This document shows, one piece after another, positions 33,793-44,682 of a stretch of DNA of 64,000 bases. The notes beneath the pieces are model-generated. The model did not search any database, was not told the origin of the DNA, and saw nothing but the letters and a program-made list of their open reading frames with translations. Location: the NCBI GenBank assembly GCA_964543765.1, contig CAZIZI010000005.1:6121-70120 (forward strand), given 5' to 3'. The position numbers were made by a program, and so were the translations under genes. Every line of letters starts with the position of its first letter. The stretch's first letter is position 1. This DNA comes from an uncultured Thermodesulfobacteriota bacterium. Lineage in GTDB: Bacteria > Desulfobacterota > B13-G15.

Positions 33793-36117
33793 ATGGACGA
33801 AAAGACCCTTCAAGTCCTCCAATATGATGAGGTGTTAAGGATTTTGCAATCCCTGGTGACAAGTCCTCTTGGGCAGGAGGCAGTCCAAGAGCTTAAGCCC
33901 TCGGACGATCCCCGATTGATAGAAGAGCTTTTAGAAGAGACTTCCGAGATGAAGGCCTTCATTGAAGAAAAGGGAGGTCTTCCCCTGGGATTTCCCGACA
34001 TCGGTTCGATCCTTCTTAAGGCCCAAAGAGGGTCGATCCTTGAGGGAAACGAACTAAGGCTTGTTTCAGAATCCATAAAGGCCTCCCGATCCCTCAAAGA
34101 GGCTTTTTCAAAGCTTGATCATAGGTTTAACAAACTCAAATTCCTTTCAGAGCGTTTGAAAGTTTCCCTTGTGGTGGAAAAAGAGATAGATAAGGCCATA
34201 AATTCAAAAGGAGAGATAAGGGATGATGCTTCAGAGGCTTTGGTTGAGATTCGTTCTAGGATCTCGAAGGCTCGGAAAAAACTTCTCGATGGCCTTAAGA
34301 TCTGGGTTGAAAAGGGGATAAGGGAAGGGGTTTTGGGATCCGATATTATAACCGAGAGAAACGGACGGTATGTGGTGCTTTTGCGTTCATCCCATAGGGG
34401 AAAAGCCAAAGGTATAGTTCATGGGGTATCCGGTTCAGGAGCAAGCCTTTATTTTGAGCCTTTTGAGATTGTGGAATTTAACAACGAACTGGAGATTTTG
34501 AAGCAACAGGAAGAGGAGGAGATAGAGAGGATTTTGCGAAGGTTAAGTCTTTTAGTGGGAGAACACGCTAAAGCTTTGGAGGAGGATCTTCAGGTTCAGA
34601 AGAAGATAGATCTCCTTTACGGAAAGGCTCGGCTTTCCATTTTACTTAAAGGCATAAAGCCGGAGATAAATCCTAAAGGAGGAGTGAGGCTTCTGGGGGC
34701 AAGACATCCCCTTTTGGAGCTAAGAGGGAAGAAAGTAGTTCCAGTGGACCTTTTACTCGAGCCTACACGGAAGATTCTCATTTTGAGTGGAGCTAACGCC
34801 GGTGGTAAAACGGTGGCCTTGAAGACCCTTGGGTTATTGACCTTGATGGTCCAATCGGGGGTACTTATCCCGGTTAAGGAAGGGAGTTACATTCCAATTT
34901 TCAAAAAGGTTTTCGCTTATATAGGTGATGAACAAGACCTATCGCAGGATTTAAGCACCTTTTCCTCTTTTCTCAATTGGTTAAAGGGAGTTCTTCCCGA
35001 GACAGATGCTGAAACCCTTTTACTTATTGACGAGATGGGTTCAGGAACGGATCAAGCGGAGGGTCCATCATTTTCCATGGCCATTTTGGACGAAATAAGG
35101 CGGAAAGGAGGGTATGCCCTTGTTACGACCCATCTTGACCCTCTGAAGGCTTACGGTTTTGTGACCCCAGGGGTGAGAAACGCCTCTGTTGGTTTTGATG
35201 AAAAAAACCTTACTCCCACCTATCAGATCCTTTACGATACCGTAGGACGTAGCTTTACTTTTTCCATTGCTCGAAAGTGGGATCTGCCCACAAAGTTATT
35301 GGAAGATGCAGAATTTTACAAAAAGAATCTCGAAGGGTGGGGTAAGGGGATTTTGGAGGAGCTAAGCCGTTTAAAAGAGCAATTTTCCCTTGAGCTTCAA
35401 AAGGCAGAAGAGCTTCGGGAGGAACTGGAAAAGGAGAAGATGAATTTAAAGGAGCTGTGGGGGTTTTTGAAGGCTCAAAGAAGGGAGATTTTAAGAAGGG
35501 TGGAAGAACGGGGTAGAAGGCTTCTTTTTGAGCTTGAAGAAAAGATCAAGGAGATGAGAAAGGAGTTGGAAACAGCTGATAAGAAAAAGGTCTTTGAGCT
35601 TTCTCAGGAGTTGAAAAAACTGAAAGAGAAAACGACGCAGCTTGCTCCCAAGGAGGCTTTAAGAAAGAGGGATTTCCCCCAAGATTTAAAAGAGGGCGAT
35701 TGGGCCTTGATAAAAAGCCTTGGGGCGAAAGGGCAGGTTTTAAAAATAAATGGGGAAAGTGCGGAACTCATAGTGGGGGGAATGAGGGTTAAGGCCTCTT
35801 TAGAAGATCTTTTACGAATGAAGGTGGAAGAGGAGGTTAAGCTGGAGGGGGTTTCAATTGAAGCTCAGACTTATGGAATTCCTGAGATTAACGTAAGGGG
35901 CTTGAGGGTGGAAGAAGCCTTAAAGAAAGTGGAGAAGCTTCTTGATGAGGCCCTTATAAGGGGGTGGGATCATATCGAGATAATCCATGGGATAGGAACT
36001 GGTGCCTTAAGGCGGGCCATAAGGGATTACTTCAGGGGTATGCCTTTTGTTAAGGCTATAAAGTCTGCTCCTCGGGAAAAGGGCGGAGAAGGTGTGACGA
36101 TTGTGGAGTTGAGATGA
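33793..36117 (+). CDS. mutS2: endonuclease MutS2 (MutS domain plus Smr)
   Basis: SGANAGGKTVALKTLG Walker A, DEMGSGTD and C-terminal Smr domain (IIHGIGTGALRRAI). Confidence 0.9.
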   Translation: MDEKTLQVLQYDEVLRILQSLVTSPLGQEAVQELKPSDDPRLIEELLEETSEMKAFIEEKGGLPLGFPDIGSILLKAQRGSILEGNELRLVSESIKASRSLKEAFSKLDHRFNKLKFLSERLKVSLVVEKEIDKAINSKGEIRDDASEALVEIRSRISKARKKLLDGLKIWVEKGIREGVLGSDIITERNGRYVVLLRSSHRGKAKGIVHGVSGSGASLYFEPFEIVEFNNELEILKQQEEEEIERILRRLSLLVGEHAKALEEDLQVQKKIDLLYGKARLSILLKGIKPEINPKGGVRLLGARHPLLELRGKKVVPVDLLLEPTRKILILSGANAGGKTVALKTLGLLTLMVQSGVLIPVKEGSYIPIFKKVFAYIGDEQDLSQDLSTFSSFLNWLKGVLPETDAETLLLIDEMGSGTDQAEGPSFSMAILDEIRRKGGYALVTTHLDPLKAYGFVTPGVRNASVGFDEKNLTPTYQILYDTVGRSFTFSIARKWDLPTKLLEDAEFYKKNLEGWGKGILEELSRLKEQFSLELQKAEELREELEKEKMNLKELWGFLKAQRREILRRVEERGRRLLFELEEKIKEMRKELETADKKKVFELSQELKKLKEKTTQLAPKEALRKRDFPQDLKEGDWALIKSLGAKGQVLKINGESAELIVGGMRVKASLEDLLRMKVEEEVKLEGVSIEAQTYGIPEINVRGLRVEEALKKVEKLLDEALIRGWDHIEIIHGIGTGALRRAIRDYFRGMPFVKAIKSAPREKGGEGVTIVELR

Positions 36118-37829
36118 TAAAGCGGGAGATAATCGAAAAGGTCAGGGAAAGGGCGGATATAGTGGAGGTCATTTCCAGTTATATTCCCCTCAAACCCGCA
36201 GGTAAAAATTACCGGGCCCTCTGCCCCTTTCACAAAGAGAAGACGCCTTCCTTTATGGTCAGCCCGGAGAAAGGGCTTTTCCATTGTTTCGGTTGTGGGG
36301 CCGGAGGGAATGTCTTCACCTTTTTAATGCGATACGAAGGGATAAGTTTTTATGAGGCCGTTAAAAGCTTAGCCGAGCGGTATGGAATCCCTATAGAGGA
36401 AGTAGAAGGGGTTGAGGGAAAATTGGAACCCTATTTTGAGATTAACCGAGTGGCCAATGAGATATTCAGGATGAAATTGCTTCATCCCCGAGAGGGAAAA
36501 ATTGCAAGAGATTACCTGTTGAGAAGGGGTGTTCTTCCTAACACGTGGGAACTTTACGGTCTTGGGTATGCTCCTGATCAATGGGATCTTTTAAGCAGAT
36601 TTTTCGAACAAAAAGGAAAGGATCTCCTTTTAGTGGAAGAATTGGGATTGATCATAAGAGGAACCAAAACTTATTACGACCGTTTTAGAAATAGGATAAT
36701 TTTCCCTATCGAAGACACAAGGAGCAGGATCCTCGGTTTTGGGGGAAGGATCCTCGGGGAAGGAGAACCCAAGTACCTTAATTCACCCGATTCTCCTATC
36801 TTCAAGAAAGGGGAGTGCCTATATGGTTTGAAACAAGCCAGAGATCACATCATCGCAAAAGGGGAGGCAGTTATAGTAGAGGGGTACTTTGACGTGATTT
36901 CCTTGGCTCAGAGCGGTCTGAGAAACGTGGTATCCCCTCTGGGAACCGCTCTCACGGAACCCCAACTTCGGATGTTAAAGCCCTTGGTGAAGAAAGTCCT
37001 TTTGCTTTTTGATGGCGATCAGGCTGGAAGAAAGGCGGCGATGAGGGGGGTTGAGCTTTTGGTCCAAGAGGGGATGGAAGGCGATATAGTGATTCTTCCC
37101 GAAAATGAGGATCCCGATACTTTCATCAAAAGCCATTCGGTGGAGGATTTGTTAAGGTTAAGAAAAGGCGGGCTTGAATTTTATTGCGAACAGGTAATAA
37201 ATAATTACGAAATTAAAAAGCCAGAGGGCAAATTTAAAGCGGCTCAAGCCTTTTTGGAATTTTTAAACAAGGTTGAAGATCCATTGAAGAGAAAGATTTA
37301 CGGAGAATATATTTCTTCCCTTTTGGGAATCGAACCAGATCTGCTTTTAGTGAGGTTGAAAACTAGTATGAACCGAAATTCGGAAAGAAGAAGGGGGTTC
37401 CTTTCCGCCGAAGAGGTTATTGTGGCTTTGGCCATGCAGTACGAAGAGGTCCTTAAGTGGCTTGAAGAGGAGGACATCTTGGAGGAGTTTTCATCTGAGA
37501 TTTTAAGGGATATTTTAAAAGAAGCCATCGAGGCGAAAAAAAGAGGAGGAGACCCCTCAGTGGAAATACCTGTTATGCTTCAAGAAAGAGCGGTGGGAGG
37601 TGGCATTTTTTCCTTTCTCCTGAGTGAAGGGCCTGAGGATCCTCAAAAAATTTTCCGGGATTGCGTTAAGCGCATAAGGCTTAGGGCCTTGAGGAAAAGG
37701 AGAGAGCGTCTTTTGGAGGAGATAGTGGAAGCGGAAAGAAGAGGCGACGAGGAAAAGCTTAAGATGCTCCTTTTGGAGCAACAGGCCTTTCTCAAACAAG
37801 AGCGGGCCCTTCTTGAAAGTTTGAAATAA
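36114..37829 (+). CDS. dnaG: DNA primase
   Basis: Zinc ribbon CPFHKEKTPSF...HCFGCGAGGNVFTF and TOPRIM domain (EGYFDVISL). ATGA overlap with mutS2. Confidence 0.9.
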   Translation: MIKREIIEKVRERADIVEVISSYIPLKPAGKNYRALCPFHKEKTPSFMVSPEKGLFHCFGCGAGGNVFTFLMRYEGISFYEAVKSLAERYGIPIEEVEGVEGKLEPYFEINRVANEIFRMKLLHPREGKIARDYLLRRGVLPNTWELYGLGYAPDQWDLLSRFFEQKGKDLLLVEELGLIIRGTKTYYDRFRNRIIFPIEDTRSRILGFGGRILGEGEPKYLNSPDSPIFKKGECLYGLKQARDHIIAKGEAVIVEGYFDVISLAQSGLRNVVSPLGTALTEPQLRMLKPLVKKVLLLFDGDQAGRKAAMRGVELLVQEGMEGDIVILPENEDPDTFIKSHSVEDLLRLRKGGLEFYCEQVINNYEIKKPEGKFKAAQAFLEFLNKVEDPLKRKIYGEYISSLLGIEPDLLLVRLKTSMNRNSERRRGFLSAEEVIVALAMQYEEVLKWLEEEDILEEFSSEILRDILKEAIEAKKRGGDPSVEIPVMLQERAVGGGIFSFLLSEGPEDPQKIFRDCVKRIRLRALRKRRERLLEEIVEAERRGDEEKLKMLLLEQQAFLKQERALLESLK

Positions 37830-37853
37830 ATCCATAGGAGGAGGCTGGGATAA

Positions 37854-39464
37854 ATGGTAGACGAAGAATATACGGTGGAGAAGAAAATAGACAGCCTTGA
37901 AGATGTGCTTTCGGCACTTGAAGAGGTGGATGTGCTTGAGGAAAGGTTTATCGAGACCAAACAATCCTTAGAAGAGCCTCTCACGGGTCATTTAGAAGAA
38001 ACGGAATTTGTCCATTCAAGTGACCCTCTAAGGCTTTACCTTAAAGAGATGGGCAAGGTCTCCCTTTTGACGCGGGAAGGAGAGGTGATGCTTGCCAAGC
38101 AGATTGAGGAGGGTAAAAGGGAGATCTTGCGGGTTATCTTGAATTGTCCTTTGACCGTTGATGAGGTCCTCAAACTGGGGGATGCGTTGAGAGAGAACCG
38201 GATGAGTGTAAAGGATATTTCAAACGCTCTGGATGAAGATGACTTCACTGAGGAAGAGGAGGTTTATAAGGAAAGGATCCTGAAGATCATTGATAAGATA
38301 AAGGAACTTAAGGAAGAAATAGCACACCTTCGGGCTCAAAGTGAAATTCCACAAGAGGAGCTGAAGAGAAAAGAAGAAGAAATGGTCTCACTTTTGTCAC
38401 AGGTAAACCTCAAGGAATCACAGATTCAAGCAATGGTAGGCAAACTAAGGGAACTCTTGGATAAGATCGAACAGATGGAGGCCGAGATAGAAAAGATAAG
38501 CGAAAGGTTAGGCACCAATCCCCAAGAGCTTGAGGCTTTTTTTACCTTCATAAAAAAACACCCGGCTAAAAAGAAAGCCCTTTTCCTCGACCGGAACTTA
38601 AATGAGGAGGAATTTTTACAATTAGAAAAGACATATAAACTGCTTTCGGCACGTATCGAGAAGTTTTTGTCTCAACATTTCATCACCGCTGAAGAACTGA
38701 GAAAGGCCATAGAAAACATAGAAAAAGGAGAAAAGAAAGCGAAAGAAGCAAAGGATCAACTTATTAAGGCTAATTTGAGATTAGTGGTGAGTATTGCTAA
38801 GAAGTACATTAATAGGGGGCTCGGGTTTTTGGATCTGATTCAAGAAGGTAATATCGGACTTATGAAAGCAGTTGATAAATTCGAATATAGCCGCGGTTAC
38901 AAGTTTTCCACCTATGCCACCTGGTGGATCCGACAGGCTATAACGAGAGCCATCGCCGATCAGGCTCGTACAATAAGGATTCCGGTTCACATGATAGAAA
39001 CGATAAATAAACTGGTAAGAACCACAAGACAATTGGTTCAGGAACTTGGAAGAGAACCTACGCCAGAGGAGATAGCCTCCAAAATGGAGATTCCCGTGGA
39101 GAAGGTGATTAGGATATTAAAGATCGCGAAAGAACCCATATCGCTTGAGACCCCATTAGGAGACGATGAAGATACCCGTTTAAGAGATTTCATCGAGGAT
39201 AAGAAGACCCTTGGTCCGCTTGATGCGGTTATTTACAAGAGCATGAGCGAACAGATTAGGCAAGTCCTTTCCACCTTGACCGAAAGGGAAGAGAAGGTTT
39301 TGAGGATGAGGTTTGGCATAGAGGAAAAGTACGACCATACCCTTGAAGAGGTAGGGAAGGTATTTAAGGTAACCAGGGAAAGGATAAGACAGATAGAGGC
39401 CAAAGCCTTAAAGAAACTTCGTCACCCTTCGCGGGCTAAAAAGCTTAAGAGTTTTTTGGAATAA
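37854..39464 (+). CDS. rpoD: RNA polymerase sigma factor RpoD (sigma-70)
   Basis: Region 2 [54 protein letters not shown], and a region 4 HTH. Confidence 0.95.
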   Translation: MVDEEYTVEKKIDSLEDVLSALEEVDVLEERFIETKQSLEEPLTGHLEETEFVHSSDPLRLYLKEMGKVSLLTREGEVMLAKQIEEGKREILRVILNCPLTVDEVLKLGDALRENRMSVKDISNALDEDDFTEEEEVYKERILKIIDKIKELKEEIAHLRAQSEIPQEELKRKEEEMVSLLSQVNLKESQIQAMVGKLRELLDKIEQMEAEIEKISERLGTNPQELEAFFTFIKKHPAKKKALFLDRNLNEEEFLQLEKTYKLLSARIEKFLSQHFITAEELRKAIENIEKGEKKAKEAKDQLIKANLRLVVSIAKKYINRGLGFLDLIQEGNIGLMKAVDKFEYSRGYKFSTYATWWIRQAITRAIADQARTIRIPVHMIETINKLVRTTRQLVQELGREPTPEEIASKMEIPVEKVIRILKIAKEPISLETPLGDDEDTRLRDFIEDKKTLGPLDAVIYKSMSEQIRQVLSTLTEREEKVLRMRFGIEEKYDHTLEEVGKVFKVTRERIRQIEAKALKKLRHPSRAKKLKSFLE

Positions 39465-40710
39465 TTTCTTTAAGCTTTTCTACAGCTTCGGAGAGGGGTA
39501 TCTCCTGTTGAGTTCCTTTTTTCATATCTCTAAGGATGAGCTTTCCTTGTTTAAGCTCATCCTCACCTAAGATCAACACAAATGGTATGGATAATTTATC
39601 GGCCCGCCTTAACTGAGCCTTTAAACTCTTATCTTCGTACTCCATCCAAACCGATATGTCTTCTTTTTTTAATTTCCATCCTAAATGAAAGGCGACTTTT
39701 CTTGGTTCCTCTCCAAGTGAAGCGACGAAAAGCTTTACTGGGGAGTCAAGCTCTTTGCGAGGGACAAGAAGAAGCAATCTCTCCATCCCTATGGCAAAAC
39801 CTATTCCCGGTATGTCCGGCCCACCGAGCTCCTTTACCAAGCCGTCGTATCTTCCACCTGCTGCTACCGCATTTTGTGCTCCAAGTCCCTGGGCGATGAC
39901 CTCAAATACAGTTCGGGTGTAATAATCAAGACCTCTGACCAAAAACCGATTTACCTGATAAGGGACTTTTATCTCTTCCAATAATTCCATCACCTTCTCA
40001 AAGTGAGATTTACAACTTTCGCAAAGAAAACCTTCAAGGATTGGGGCTTCCTTTAGAAGCTCTTTGCAAGTCTGAACCTTACAATCGAAAACCCTTAAAG
40101 GGTTAAGCTCCATACGCCTTTGACAATCGGGACAAAGTTTATCCTCATTTTGCCGGAGGAATTTTTGTACTTCTTCTTTAAAGGGAACCCTACACCCCGG
40201 ACAACCCAAACTATTCAATTCTAACCTGAGATCTTCAAGTCCCACTCTCTTTAACAATTCCATCAATAGCCCGATTATTTCCGCATCCACCATCGGATGA
40301 TCAGGGCCTAAGACTTCGGCGTCTATCTGATGGAATTGCCTAAGTCTTCCCTTTTGTGGTCTTTCATAGCGGAACATGGGGCCTATAAAATAAAGCCTTG
40401 CTTCCGGATCTTTTGCCCACAACCGATTCTCCACGTAAGCCCTTACAATGGAAGCAGTAGCTTCAGGCCTTAAAGTCACCCATTGGCCGCTTTTGTCTTG
40501 AAAGGTGTACATTTCCTTTTGAACCACATCAGTGCTTTCTCCGATGCTCCTTACAAAAAGCTCGGTCCTTTCAAGCGTGGGGATCCTTATTTCTTGAAAC
40601 CCAAAACCTTCAAGCGTTCTTCTGGCTTCTTCCTCTATGAAGCGCCAAGTTGGGGTCTCTTCGGGAAGGATGTCCGAAAAACCTCTTATGGCTTTTATTT
40701 CCTTCTCCAT
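39445..40710 (-). CDS. hisS: histidine--tRNA ligase
   Basis: Class II aaRS motifs ([33 protein letters not shown]). Confidence 0.9.
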   Translation of the reverse strand: MEKEIKAIRGFSDILPEETPTWRFIEEEARRTLEGFGFQEIRIPTLERTELFVRSIGESTDVVQKEMYTFQDKSGQWVTLRPEATASIVRAYVENRLWAKDPEARLYFIGPMFRYERPQKGRLRQFHQIDAEVLGPDHPMVDAEIIGLLMELLKRVGLEDLRLELNSLGCPGCRVPFKEEVQKFLRQNEDKLCPDCQRRMELNPLRVFDCKVQTCKELLKEAPILEGFLCESCKSHFEKVMELLEEIKVPYQVNRFLVRGLDYYTRTVFEVIAQGLGAQNAVAAGGRYDGLVKELGGPDIPGIGFAIGMERLLLLVPRKELDSPVKLFVASLGEEPRKVAFHLGWKLKKEDISVWMEYEDKSLKAQLRRADKLSIPFVLILGEDELKQGKLILRDMKKGTQQEIPLSEAVEKLKEIIPKNS

Positions 40711-40721
40711 TTTTACCTATT

Positions 40722-41738
40722 TTACCCATAAAGGGTTTTTTTTAAAAACTCCCAAAAGGCCTCCTCCATTTCCATGTTCAATTTTACCCTATAAACCGGA
40801 ACCTCTAAGGGAGGGAACTTCACGAAATCCTTCTCGGTTGTGACTATTGCCTCTACGCCTTTCAATTCCCTTTCTATTTCCTCTTTACTCCACTTGTGAT
40901 GATCTTGTCGGATCAAGGTCTTATAGACGGAGAGTCCTTCGGTCTCCAAAAAATTTAACAACCGATAAGGGTTTCCTATTCCCAAACACAAAAGAAGCCT
41001 TTTCCCTTTCAATTGAGAGAAGGGAATGAGACTTTCCCCTTCCAGAAGTCCCTCATAAAGGGGGTTGGCCAGAAAAATGGGCTTCCCAAAGGCTTTGAGC
41101 CTTTCCAAAAGTTTAAAGCCTTTCTCGGAGCCTTCCCAGTAAGTTAGAAGGAGTAAATGGGCCCTTTTTATCGAAGAAAGGCCCTCTCTAAAGGGACCAG
41201 AGGGAAGAAGCCTTATTTTAGTTATCTCCATGTCAGAAGGGATGCAAAGGATCTCCAAATCCTTTTTAAGCTTAAGGTATTGAAACCCATCATCAAGAAC
41301 TACTGCTTGAAGTCCATGAAGCTCACACAAAAGCTTCCCCAATTTAAACCTGTCTATCCCTACTGCCTGTGGTATATGGGGGAGGCTTTTGGCTAATAAG
41401 TAAGGCTCATCTCCTATGAGCTCCGGTCCCAAAAGAAGGTTTTTCCCCTCTGAGACGATTGTACCCCTTTTGGCCATTTTGCCCTTATAACCCCGGCTTA
41501 AAATCCCCACCTTTACGCCTTTTTCTTTTAACCATTGGGCCATTTTCATCACCACTGGCGTTTTTCCACTTCCCCCTACCGTAAGATTACCTACCGATAT
41601 GACCTTTGTCGGGAGTTCTTTCGGTTTTAAAAGATCGAGTTTATAAAGGAAGCTTCTTCCTTTTAATGCGAGAAGGTAAAGGTAAGAAAGAGGAAGAAGC
41701 ACGTCACTTAAAAAAGGATATTCCCAAGGTGGTTTCAT
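40722..41738 (-). CDS. lpxK: tetraacyldisaccharide 4'-kinase
   Basis: VISVGNLTVGGSGKTP P-loop typical of LpxK. Confidence 0.85.
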   Translation of the reverse strand: MKPPWEYPFLSDVLLPLSYLYLLALKGRSFLYKLDLLKPKELPTKVISVGNLTVGGSGKTPVVMKMAQWLKEKGVKVGILSRGYKGKMAKRGTIVSEGKNLLLGPELIGDEPYLLAKSLPHIPQAVGIDRFKLGKLLCELHGLQAVVLDDGFQYLKLKKDLEILCIPSDMEITKIRLLPSGPFREGLSSIKRAHLLLLTYWEGSEKGFKLLERLKAFGKPIFLANPLYEGLLEGESLIPFSQLKGKRLLLCLGIGNPYRLLNFLETEGLSVYKTLIRQDHHKWSKEEIERELKGVEAIVTTEKDFVKFPPLEVPVYRVKLNMEMEEAFWEFLKKTLYG

Positions 41739-42937
41739 TTAATAAAAATCCCCGCTATTGCTTCTACTGTTTCCTTTAGGGCTCTTCTGCCCTCTTTAAA
41801 AAGGAGTTCCGCTCTTTTGGCCCTTTCACGTGAAGAAGCGGGATCCTTCAAAAGTGAGACTAAAACTTCCCCAAGTTCCTTCGGGTCTTTTACTTGATGA
41901 GCTGCACCGATGGCCTTAAGCCTCTCAGAAAGTTCTTTAAAATTCTGAACAAAAGGCCCATAAACGGTAGGAACCCCCCAGACTAAGGGTTCAAGCAGAT
42001 TGTGACCCCCGATTTTTTTCACAAATGTACCTCCCACCACCGCCACATCCCCAAGGCCATAGAATTTCCAAAGTTCCCCTACCGTATCAAGGACCATCAC
42101 TTCCCAACCGGTTTGTTGCTGGGTTCTTAAACTTGCCTGGAAGCCATAATTTTCAGCTAACTCTTTCATCTCATGGGCCCTTTCTATATGTCGAGGGGCG
42201 ATGATCAATTTAAGAACCGGAAATTCCCCTTTGAGATCCTTAAAAAGACGAAAAAGCAAATCCTCCTCTCCCTTATGGGTACTTCCGGCCACGATCATCT
42301 TATGCCCTTTTAATTCAAGTTCCCTCTTGAGGTCTTCGATTATTCCTTCAAGGGGCTCAAAGGGCTTAAGAAATTTAAGATCACCTGTGACCCTTATCTT
42401 ATCCTCGGAGACCCCAAGCCTTAAAAAACGCTCCCCATCCTCTTCAGACCTTACTAGTAAAAGCGTAAACGCCTCAAAGGCCTTTTTGAAGAAAAACTTA
42501 AAAGGATAAAACCTTCGGAAAGACCGTGCGGAAAGCCTTCCATTAAAAAGTATTACGGGAACCCCTCTTTTCTTTGCCTCTTTTAAAACAGACGGCCAGA
42601 TCTCAGTTTCGCTAACCAGCAGTCCCCGAGGTTTTACTACGTCAAAGAACCTTTGAACCGGGGGGCCAAAGGGTATGGGGAATGGAAGGACTTGATCGAC
42701 TTTACCTTCACCTATTTGTAAGCCCTGAGGGGTCATGGAGGTGAGGAGGAAAGGCAAATTTATAAGAGGCTTGAGCTCTTTTAAAAGCAATAATGTAAGC
42801 CTTACTTCTCCTACCGAAGCTCCATGGGCCCACAAAAAAGGGGCCTTTGAGAGGATATTCCCTTTTAGCCTATGATCCCATAATCCGAGTCTTTCCTTAA
42901 ATCTGTAACTTAAGACTTTAAGAGGCCTTAAAATCAC
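41735..42937 (-). CDS. waaA: 3-deoxy-D-manno-octulosonic acid (Kdo) transferase
   Basis: LWAHGASVGEV...TSMTPQG parallels E. coli WaaA HSVSVGE...TTMTPTG. Confidence 0.85.
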   Translation of the reverse strand: MILRPLKVLSYRFKERLGLWDHRLKGNILSKAPFLWAHGASVGEVRLTLLLLKELKPLINLPFLLTSMTPQGLQIGEGKVDQVLPFPIPFGPPVQRFFDVVKPRGLLVSETEIWPSVLKEAKKRGVPVILFNGRLSARSFRRFYPFKFFFKKAFEAFTLLLVRSEEDGERFLRLGVSEDKIRVTGDLKFLKPFEPLEGIIEDLKRELELKGHKMIVAGSTHKGEEDLLFRLFKDLKGEFPVLKLIIAPRHIERAHEMKELAENYGFQASLRTQQQTGWEVMVLDTVGELWKFYGLGDVAVVGGTFVKKIGGHNLLEPLVWGVPTVYGPFVQNFKELSERLKAIGAAHQVKDPKELGEVLVSLLKDPASSRERAKRAELLFKEGRRALKETVEAIAGIFIK

Positions 42938-44682
42938 ATTCCTTCCAAAAAGGGATGACTTTGAAGTTCATAAAGGCGCCTATATTCTTCGTTTCTTGCC
43001 ATAAGCTCTTCATGGGTGCCTTCATCGATGGTCCTTCCTTCTGAAAGAAGCAGGATCCTCGAGGCGTTTCTTATAGTGGAAAGCCGATGGGAGATTATGA
43101 TGACGGTTCTTGATTCCATTAACCTTTCGAGCGCTTCTTGAATCTCCTTTTCGGATTCGGCGTCAACCGAAGAGGTGGCCTCATCGAGAATGAGTATAGG
43201 CGCATTTTTAACCAAGGCCCTTGCGATGGTGATCCTCTGTCGTTGCCCTCCAGAAAGTTTCACGCCTTGTTCTCCAATCACGGTATCATAACCGTTGGGT
43301 AGTTCCATGATAAATTGATGGGCATTAGCTGCCTTTGAGGCCTCTATGATCTCCTCATCACTCACATCAGGCCTTCCATAGGCTATGTTGTTTTTGACCG
43401 TATCGTTAAACAGTATTATTTCCTGCGTCACTATGGCGATCTGATTGCGTAACGACTTAAGGGTAACTTTTCTTATGTCAATCCCATCTATATAAATTGC
43501 CCCTTCAGTTACATCGTAAAACCTCAAAAGCAAATTGACCAACGTGGTTTTTCCCGCTCCTGAAGCCCCTACTATGGCTACCTTTTCCCCCTTTTTTATC
43601 CTAAAGCTTACATTTCTCAATACCCAGTCACCATCATAGCGAAAGGACACTCTGTCAAAGACAATTTCGTTTTGGAAAGGCGGAAGATCTATTGCATCAG
43701 GGGCCTCTTTTACTTCAGGTTTTTCCTCGAAAAGTTCAAAGACCCTTTTTGCAGCAGCAAGCCCCTCTTGTATCTGAGCGTTAACCTTACTTAGCCCCCT
43801 CAAAGGGTCATAGAGCATGGCCAGAGCCGTCATAAAGGAGAAAAATTCCCCGGGAGTCATCCTGCCCTTTATGACGCTTAACCCACCCAGGAAGATAAAA
43901 CCGGCTATTCCCAAATAACCGAGCGCTTCTATAAGAGGGGTGGATAGAGCCCTTACCCTCAGCCTTTTCATGATATATCGGAAGTATTGATCATTGGCCT
44001 TTTTGAAGCGCTCGATTTCGTAATCCTCCATGCAGAAGGCCTTTACGATTCTTTGTCCCACTATGGTTTCTTGAAGGAAAGCGCTTAAAAATCCCATGCT
44101 TTCCAAGGATTTCCGGCTCGTCCTTCTCATCCTTTTACTTAAATCAACGAAAATCCACCCTATGAAAGGGAAAAGCGAAAGGGCCAAAAGGCCCATCCAA
44201 AAATCCCGATATAGAACCACTCCTATAAGGCCCACCGCAGTGAAAGTATCTTTTATAAAACTTGTAACCGCATAAGAGACGGCCCCTTGCATAGTGTTAA
44301 CGTCATTGGTCAAACGGGACATCAAACTACCGGTGGGATTTCGATGGAAATAAGAAATGGAGAGCATTTGAAGGTGTTGGTAGAGTTTAGCTCTGATATC
44401 GGCTACAACCCTTTGTCCCACGTAGTTCATAAGGTAACTTTGGTAATAATCCAAAAACCCTTTGATGATTCCTAAACCCAAAACAGTTGGAGGGAGTATC
44501 TTTAACATAAAAAGGTCTTTTTTGATGAATATGTCATCAAGCACATTCTTGGTGAGAAATGCCAAAAGGGCCGTGATAGCGGAAACACCTACCATGGCCA
44601 ATCCAGCTACAAGGAGGCGTTTCCAATAAGGTTTAACGAAACCTAAAAGCCTTTTGTATAGGACGAAAGACGTATGTTTCAT
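42934..44682 (-). CDS. msbA: lipid A export ABC transporter (fused permease/ATPase)
   Basis: 6-TM domain plus NBD (GASGAGKTT, LSGGQRQRITIARAL). Lies within the lipid A cluster. Confidence 0.85.
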   Translation of the reverse strand: MKHTSFVLYKRLLGFVKPYWKRLLVAGLAMVGVSAITALLAFLTKNVLDDIFIKKDLFMLKILPPTVLGLGIIKGFLDYYQSYLMNYVGQRVVADIRAKLYQHLQMLSISYFHRNPTGSLMSRLTNDVNTMQGAVSYAVTSFIKDTFTAVGLIGVVLYRDFWMGLLALSLFPFIGWIFVDLSKRMRRTSRKSLESMGFLSAFLQETIVGQRIVKAFCMEDYEIERFKKANDQYFRYIMKRLRVRALSTPLIEALGYLGIAGFIFLGGLSVIKGRMTPGEFFSFMTALAMLYDPLRGLSKVNAQIQEGLAAAKRVFELFEEKPEVKEAPDAIDLPPFQNEIVFDRVSFRYDGDWVLRNVSFRIKKGEKVAIVGASGAGKTTLVNLLLRFYDVTEGAIYIDGIDIRKVTLKSLRNQIAIVTQEIILFNDTVKNNIAYGRPDVSDEEIIEASKAANAHQFIMELPNGYDTVIGEQGVKLSGGQRQRITIARALVKNAPILILDEATSSVDAESEKEIQEALERLMESRTVIIISHRLSTIRNASRILLLSEGRTIDEGTHEELMARNEEYRRLYELQSHPFLEGM

